A DNA stretch of 64,000 nt from Bdellovibrionales bacterium. GTDB taxonomy: Bacteria > Bdellovibrionota > Bdellovibrionia > Bdellovibrionales > CAYMLA01. The notes under the pieces were generated by a model, which had not been told where the DNA came from, made no database searches, and was given only the letters and a program-made list of their open reading frames with translations. The position numbers were made by a program, and so were the translations under genes. Every line of letters begins with the position of its first letter. The stretch's first letter is position 1. Shown here piece after piece: positions 58,466 to 64,000 of this stretch. The stretch lies in the NCBI GenBank assembly GCA_965217115.1, contig OZ244239.1:864001-928000 (forward strand), read 5' to 3'.

Positions 58466-59437
58466 ATGATGCTCTGGTCGTTTGTTCCCCCAAAAATAGC
58501 CCATGACATAGCTCCCTATGCCCTAAAGGCCTATACATTTTTTTCTAAAGCAGAGCCCGTAGCATGTAATTCTTTTTCATGGCGTGGTCTTCACTTTCCT
58601 AATCGCTTAGGGATTGCGGGAGGTGTCGATAAAACAGCTTCGAGTATTATTCCCTGGTGGAAACTCGGTGCTGGTTTTATTGAAGTTGGCACTGTCACCC
58701 CCCAACCTCAAAAACCCAATTCAGGAAAAATCCTTATTCGTGATGAACAACAAAGAGCTCTGTGGAATAAGATGGGGTTCCCAAGCCCTGGTTCTGAAAC
58801 AGTCCTCAAAAATCTTAAAAAAATCCCCTCCAAAAGACTCTCTCCCATCTTTATTAATATTGGCAAAAACCGTCAAACAGAGAGTCACAACGCTCATGAA
58901 GACTACAGTCAACTCGTTCATTTATTTCAAAACTATGCTGATGCTTTTGTTATCAATATCAGTAGCCCAAATACAGAGGGCTTACGCTCTTTGCAAGAAC
59001 CGGAAACTATTCACAAACTCATCTCTCAATGCCAAAAATTCAATAAGAAAAACATTCCAGTTCTTATAAAGTTTAGTCCCGATCTACACAGAGAAAAACT
59101 CAAAGAAAATCTCTTGGCCTCCTTAGAGGCAAATATTGATGGGTGGATTCTAACAAACACCACTACTGATCGTACGAACACCCCTCATCTACCCAAGGAA
59201 GGGGGTGTTTCAGGCACTCCACTCACTCAACTTTCACGGAAAAAACTCGAAGAAACAATTGATATTTTAGGCACTCAGAAAGAAGGAAAGCTTCTCATCT
59301 CAACAGGAGGCATCATGGGCGCAGAAGAGGCCGATCTTAGATTAGACATGGGTGCTGATCTGATTCAATTCTACTCAGCCCTTGTCTTTAAAGGGCCTCG
59401 TTTTTTTAAAGACGTCACTCAATTTTGGATAAAATAA
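58466..59437 (+). CDS. pyrD: Quinone-dependent dihydroorotate dehydrogenase
   Basis: GIAGGVDK, EVGTVTP, NISSPNT, TNTT, GGVSG. Confidence 0.9.
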   Translation: MMLWSFVPPKIAHDIAPYALKAYTFFSKAEPVACNSFSWRGLHFPNRLGIAGGVDKTASSIIPWWKLGAGFIEVGTVTPQPQKPNSGKILIRDEQQRALWNKMGFPSPGSETVLKNLKKIPSKRLSPIFINIGKNRQTESHNAHEDYSQLVHLFQNYADAFVINISSPNTEGLRSLQEPETIHKLISQCQKFNKKNIPVLIKFSPDLHREKLKENLLASLEANIDGWILTNTTTDRTNTPHLPKEGGVSGTPLTQLSRKKLEETIDILGTQKEGKLLISTGGIMGAEEADLRLDMGADLIQFYSALVFKGPRFFKDVTQFWIK

Positions 59438-59511
59438 GTTTTCTTTGATGTCAGCCAGGGCGAGAGCCAGCGTCTGGATTTATGGAGACTCTCTAGACGT
59501 TTAAATATCTC

Positions 59512-59754
59512 TCAACTCCAATCAGGTTCTAATTTTTTCACATCCCTTAGATCAACCAAGCGAGGTTTTAAATCTCTCTCACCAATTCTCTCTAACATAA
59601 CAAAACCATTGTCTACGTCTATTTTAGTAATAAAAGCCTGGGAGAATATCTCACCATCCTTGAAATGATAATTCCCCTTCCACCCTTGCTCAGCACAAAG
59701 CTGGGCTTTTTCTAAAATATCAGCTTCTATACCTTCTGTTTTCTTTTCTCTCAA
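59512..59754 (-). CDS. Small hypothetical protein
   Basis: AGGAG RBS, 80-aa ORF in an otherwise empty gap. Confidence 0.65.
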   Translation of the reverse strand: MREKKTEGIEADILEKAQLCAEQGWKGNYHFKDGEIFSQAFITKIDVDNGFVMLERIGERDLKPRLVDLRDVKKLEPDWS

Positions 59755-59814
59755 TGCCTACTCCTTTTAAGTCTCTACATGACATAGTTCTCTTATTACA
59801 GTATCATTTAATAT

Positions 59815-60222
59815 ATGAAAAAGCGTGGACTTTGGATACCTGTTGTTGCTGGTTTCGTTATTAAAAAAGGGCAAATACTCATAGGCGAGCGTATTATTAA
59901 AAATGCAGCCCCTGCATGGGAGTTTCCTGGAGGGAAAATAGAGCTGGGAGAGTCCCCAGAAGAGGCTCTGGCTAGAGAGCTTTTTGAGGAACTCTCAATC
60001 GAAGCGCAAATTGGAGAACTTAAACTCGCCTGCACCCATACCTACAACGACACAGGAATTATTTTGCTTTTTTTCTCGGTTCCCTACTGGAAAGGAGAAG
60101 TTAAGTTGGATCACTACCAAAAAATCAAATGGGTCGCCCCCAAAGAATTGCGACAACTTCCTATCTTAGAATCTAATAAAAAAGTACTCGATCAACTTAT
60201 TTCGGCCATTGAGGACTCTTAA
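59815..60222 (+). CDS. NUDIX hydrolase (MutT/NudG-like)
   Basis: WEFPGGKIELGESPEEALARELFEEL. Confidence 0.9.
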   Translation: MKKRGLWIPVVAGFVIKKGQILIGERIIKNAAPAWEFPGGKIELGESPEEALARELFEELSIEAQIGELKLACTHTYNDTGIILLFFSVPYWKGEVKLDHYQKIKWVAPKELRQLPILESNKKVLDQLISAIEDS

Positions 60223-60242
60223 CGTGGTAAAAAATACGACCT

Positions 60243-61496
60243 ATGACTTCTAAAAAACCATTTCCTACTCAATTTAATGTCTGTATTGTGGCTGGGAAAC
60301 TTCCTATCCTAGGACGTGCCGCACAACATGGCTTTCTTTGGCCACTGGCTAAAGGTCTAGCAGATGAAGGCCATAACGTCACTGTTCTCTCCACAAGAAG
60401 TCCATTAAATAGATATAAATTACAAAGAGCCGGGGTTGATATTTATTTTATCAAAGAAAAGGAGAGCTCTTATAAAAATTTACCATTTCCCGATGGAGTT
60501 AAAGAAATTTTTAATCACCTTCATCAAGAATCCCCCTTTCATCTTATTCACAGCATCGATGCCAACGGCTACAAGATTATCAGAGACAAAAAGCTCTATC
60601 GAGTGGCTGCCGCTGTTGATATCGGTGCAACACAAATATCACAGCTTTTTTCAATTCTTGCCATGGCACAAGAAACTTTAGGGAGCCAGTTAAGCACAAG
60701 TTTAGCCATAGCCTACAAATTTATAACGACCTACTACGGCAGAGACAGAAGCATACTTAGAAAAGCCGATGGGATTTTTGTTTCCAGCCCCCAGCAACGT
60801 ATCGTACTAGAGAGATACTATCTTTTTCCCGATGCCCGTACCTATACCATTCCCTATAGTATTGAATTAGGGGATCTATCGGCAGATCATGACAATAATG
60901 CCTTAAGAGAAACACTCGGAGTACCCAAAGAGAGTAAAACAGTTGTTACAATCTCTGATATGAGCGAGTTTGGAGAATTACGCAATTTGCTTCGAGCTTT
61001 TCAAAAAGTTGCCATTAAAAAACCCAGTTCAAGACTTATCATCGTTGGTAACGGTCCTATGTTTAAAAAAGTCGAATATGAAATACTCATTCTAGCCTTA
61101 GGAAGTAAAGTCATTCTAACAGGCGCCGTAAATAACACGGATCTACCGAACTATATTTCTCTCTCCGATGTTTTTGTTAATCTCAGCTCACGCACAACAG
61201 GTTTTGAATCCAGCATTATCGAAGCCATGGCACAAAAAAAGGTCGTTGTCGGATCCGAAGTAAGCCCTATTTCTAATATTGTTGACGATGGTATTGACGG
61301 CTTTCTTATTAGACCAGCCGATGTCTCATCCCTCTCATCTTTGCTAATAGAAATTTTCACATTGCAATTACCCACGGAAGAGATCGGACAAAATGCTCGT
61401 AAGAAGACGCTTGATTTGTTTGATGCGTCGCGTATGATGGGGCAGCTCGTCGATGCCTACACTCGTATTATTAGATCCACCAACTATTATCTATGA
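60243..61496 (+). CDS. Glycosyltransferase family 4
   Basis: IIVGNGP, SDVFV..GFESSIIEAMA, DGIDGFLI. Confidence 0.88.
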   Translation: MTSKKPFPTQFNVCIVAGKLPILGRAAQHGFLWPLAKGLADEGHNVTVLSTRSPLNRYKLQRAGVDIYFIKEKESSYKNLPFPDGVKEIFNHLHQESPFHLIHSIDANGYKIIRDKKLYRVAAAVDIGATQISQLFSILAMAQETLGSQLSTSLAIAYKFITTYYGRDRSILRKADGIFVSSPQQRIVLERYYLFPDARTYTIPYSIELGDLSADHDNNALRETLGVPKESKTVVTISDMSEFGELRNLLRAFQKVAIKKPSSRLIIVGNGPMFKKVEYEILILALGSKVILTGAVNNTDLPNYISLSDVFVNLSSRTTGFESSIIEAMAQKKVVVGSEVSPISNIVDDGIDGFLIRPADVSSLSSLLIEIFTLQLPTEEIGQNARKKTLDLFDASRMMGQLVDAYTRIIRSTNYYL

Positions 61497-61665
61497 AACA
61501 CGACCGTATGGTTGTTAATTCCCTACATCGAACACCAGCCCATGTTTTCCCTAGGAATATCAAAATAATATTGGTACAATTTAAGTCTTCTCAGTGGGTT
61601 ACAAAGGTTTTTCTCCACTGATAAAATATCATTTATTTACAACCTCTTTTTATTAACTAAGGACA

Positions 61666-61959
61666 GTGGCCATGACAAAAGCAGACCTTATTAATCATAT
61701 CTCCGAAAAAGCAGGCATCACTCGTGTGAAATCTGAAACTGTTATAAATACCATTTTTGATTCTATGATCGAAGCACTTGTTCGTAATGATCGTATTGAA
61801 ATTCGCGGCTTCGGTTCTTTTGTCAATCGCATTTATGAACCCTATAAAGGACGAAATCCAAGAACAGGTGAAGTTATTAATGTTGGCGAAAAGAAACTTC
61901 CCTTTTTCAAAGTCGGTAAACAATTAAAAGAAACTATTAATAATGAGGGAAAATCTTAA
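61666..61959 (+). CDS. HU/IHF-family DNA-binding protein
   Basis: MTKADLI, IEIRGFGSF, GRNPRTGE, PFFKVGK. Confidence 0.93.
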   Translation: MAMTKADLINHISEKAGITRVKSETVINTIFDSMIEALVRNDRIEIRGFGSFVNRIYEPYKGRNPRTGEVINVGEKKLPFFKVGKQLKETINNEGKS

Positions 61960-62929
61960 ACTCTCTCATATCGTCAATTCCCATAATCACCATAAACAAC
62001 CTTTCCAACCCCAGTGCGATGCCAGAGGAATCCGGCATTCCCTCTCTGAGAGCTTGAATAAAGTCCTCATCTATTGGAACAGGTTCCTTTCCCAAGCGTT
62101 TTCTTATTTCTAAGTCCTTTTTAAATCTTTTTACCTGTTCATCAGGATCAACTAATTCATAAAAAGCATTGGCAATTTCAACCCCTTGACAATAAAACTC
62201 GAACCTCTGTGCCCAGCCATCAGCTCCAATCTTCGCCAATGCTGCCATAGAGGGGGGGAAATTTGATATAAAGACTCCTTGTTGGCCTTTTAAATAAGGT
62301 TCTATTTTTTCTAAAAAAGCCCGAAAGAACAAATCATCCCACTCATCATCTTCTTTGAAATTAATAGATAAGCTCTCTAATAACTGTCTCAAATCCTCTT
62401 CAGAAGTGTGTGGGAATAAGTGAAAATCTAACACTTTTTGGAATAACGAAGCCATTGTTTCAAATTGAATAAAGCTTATAGCCGACCCTGCTATTTGTTC
62501 TACTTCCCTTCTCTTCGCCCACTCTTGGGAACTTCTTAATAAGAGTTCAACGTCTTTCTGTAAACTCTCTAAGTCCTCATCGACTCGATACCATTCTAGC
62601 ATAGTGAACTCTGGTTGATGATAACGCCCAAACTCCCCATTGCGAAAACACTTTTTTATTTCAAAGACTTTTTTCCAACCTGCAACAAGAAGCCTCTTTA
62701 AATGAAACTCCGGACTTGTTGGTAGATATTTAATAAAAACACTGCCATTTGAATGTAATTGAGTCTTAAACGGCTCTAAGTAAGGCTCTAACCCCGGAGA
62801 ACTTACCAGTGTCGGAGTTTCTGCCTGTGAGAACTGATGGGAGATAAAAAACTCCCTAACATGAGCTTGAAACGCCATCCAAAGATCATGTTTCTCTTTC
62901 TTTCCATAGATTTGTTTAAAATCTTCCAT
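61937..62929 (-). CDS. epmA: EF-P lysine aminoacylase EpmA/GenX
   Basis: YLPTSPEFHLKRLL, FRNGE..HQPEFTMLEWYR, RFEFY..EIANAF, GIALGLERL. Confidence 0.9.
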   Translation of the reverse strand: MEDFKQIYGKKEKHDLWMAFQAHVREFFISHQFSQAETPTLVSSPGLEPYLEPFKTQLHSNGSVFIKYLPTSPEFHLKRLLVAGWKKVFEIKKCFRNGEFGRYHQPEFTMLEWYRVDEDLESLQKDVELLLRSSQEWAKRREVEQIAGSAISFIQFETMASLFQKVLDFHLFPHTSEEDLRQLLESLSINFKEDDEWDDLFFRAFLEKIEPYLKGQQGVFISNFPPSMAALAKIGADGWAQRFEFYCQGVEIANAFYELVDPDEQVKRFKKDLEIRKRLGKEPVPIDEDFIQALREGMPDSSGIALGLERLFMVIMGIDDMREFKIFPHY

Positions 62930-62938
62930 TAATTGAAG

Positions 62939-64000
62939 CTATTTTCCCTGAAATTCATAGTTAAAGGATAGGTAGATTCCCCAGTTAAGTTCAGACAGCT
63001 TACCATTCATAAATTGAGTTCTTATTTTTTTAACACGAATCCCACCTACAAAAAAGCGACCTCTTTCAAGGTTCAAACGAACTCCAGCACGATAACCAAA
63101 GGAGTAGCTCTCCAGTGGGCGACCTCCTGATACACTTGCAAAAATCGGCCAACCTAATAAAAATTCATTCACCATTAATGTTTTAGGCCAAAGAGGAAAA
63201 GTCACTACGCCACCAAAAAGTGGTGATACACGGGAGAGAGAAGAAAGTCCACTTGGATTCGACTCACTCTCATCAGATGTGGCAGAGTAAACATCATAAC
63301 CTAGCCCTGCCTGCCAATTAATAAAATATTCATCCCCTTTCCTCCAAGGACGTGTGTAAAAAAACTCTGATAACAAAAATGTCGTTTTCTGATTTAAAGA
63401 AGTTGATGACGAACTTGACTGGTTACCAAAACCAACTAAACCTCTTCCCAACCAAGAGCCTCTGCCTAAGGATATCTGCAAAAAAGGACTTGTCTCTAAA
63501 TGATAATCCATCGCAGATAATTCACTTGTATCCACGAAAGTGTCAATAGAGATCCATTTAACCCCCGCCTGCACCCACCAAGACTTATTGTGTAGATTTT
63601 TTTCTTCAAAGAGAAACACTGACTTCTTAGATAAACGCACCTTCATAAAAGGCTTTAATCCCGCATCTTTCTTTTTAAGTCTTCCGTGGATTTGCTTTCC
63701 ATCCACTCTCATTATTTTTAGAACCCCTCGCCTTCGAGCTTCTTTTTGTAGAATGAGCCCTTCTGGCGAAAACTCTAAAATTTCTAAATAATCTCCTCTC
63801 TTGAGGTTTGTCTTTAAATTTAATGTTGCAACAGCCTTGTCTCCCGTTATTTTTGTTAAAAAACCATCAAAGGGAATTGCTTTTACCAATGAACGTACAA
63901 TTTGAATAACTATTTTTCTACGCCCTTTCTTGGCTGTATCTCGCGGAAATTTTAATTGCCATTGAGCTAACTCCACATTTTTTTGTGAACTAATAATTTT
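62939..64000 (-). CDS. Hypothetical protein, probably with C-terminal beta-barrel (5'-truncated by the window)
   Basis: Frame open to the window edge; alternating aromatic beta-strands. Confidence 0.55.
   Translation of the reverse strand, partial: KIISSQKNVELAQWQLKFPRDTAKKGRRKIVIQIVRSLVKAIPFDGFLTKITGDKAVATLNLKTNLKRGDYLEILEFSPEGLILQKEARRRGVLKIMRVDGKQIHGRLKKKDAGLKPFMKVRLSKKSVFLFEEKNLHNKSWWVQAGVKWISIDTFVDTSELSAMDYHLETSPFLQISLGRGSWLGRGLVGFGNQSSSSSTSLNQKTTFLLSEFFYTRPWRKGDEYFINWQAGLGYDVYSATSDESESNPSGLSSLSRVSPLFGGVVTFPLWPKTLMVNEFLLGWPIFASVSGGRPLESYSFGYRAGVRLNLERGRFFVGGIRVKKIRTQFMNGKLSELNWGIYLSFNYEFQGK

Overview
This is a low-GC bacterial chromosome segment, most consistent with a Bdellovibrionota predator. 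The evidence is a TadC-DUF192-FHA locus, an FHA-GGDEF DgcB-like cyclase, a TIGR02147-family gene and many secreted orphan proteins. Most of the window is housekeeping: lipA-E2-lpdA-lipB, pssA-asd, truA-rplM-rpsI, an AceE-type E1, rlmN, rfaE, gdhA, pyrD and epmA. The most striking structure is non-coding. A family of ~110-130 bp hairpin elements (7 complete copies, 3 half copies) has a near-invariant 57-nt core, arms that differ between loci but stay self-complementary, and a C-rich tandem-repeat leader of variable length. Five copies organise a 6.4-kb array (49.6-56.0 kb) of small, mostly secreted cargo genes. Array units also repeat the 3' end of rfaE and carry 39-110 bp direct-repeat junctions. 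A second islet (12.9-15.75 kb) is bounded by a perfect 50-bp duplication of the sppA 3' end. No integrase, reverse transcriptase or HUH enzyme is visible in the window. Also seen: an in-frame Maf-YggS fusion and a secreted JAB/MPN-motif cargo protein. All calls are by eye; no database searches were run.
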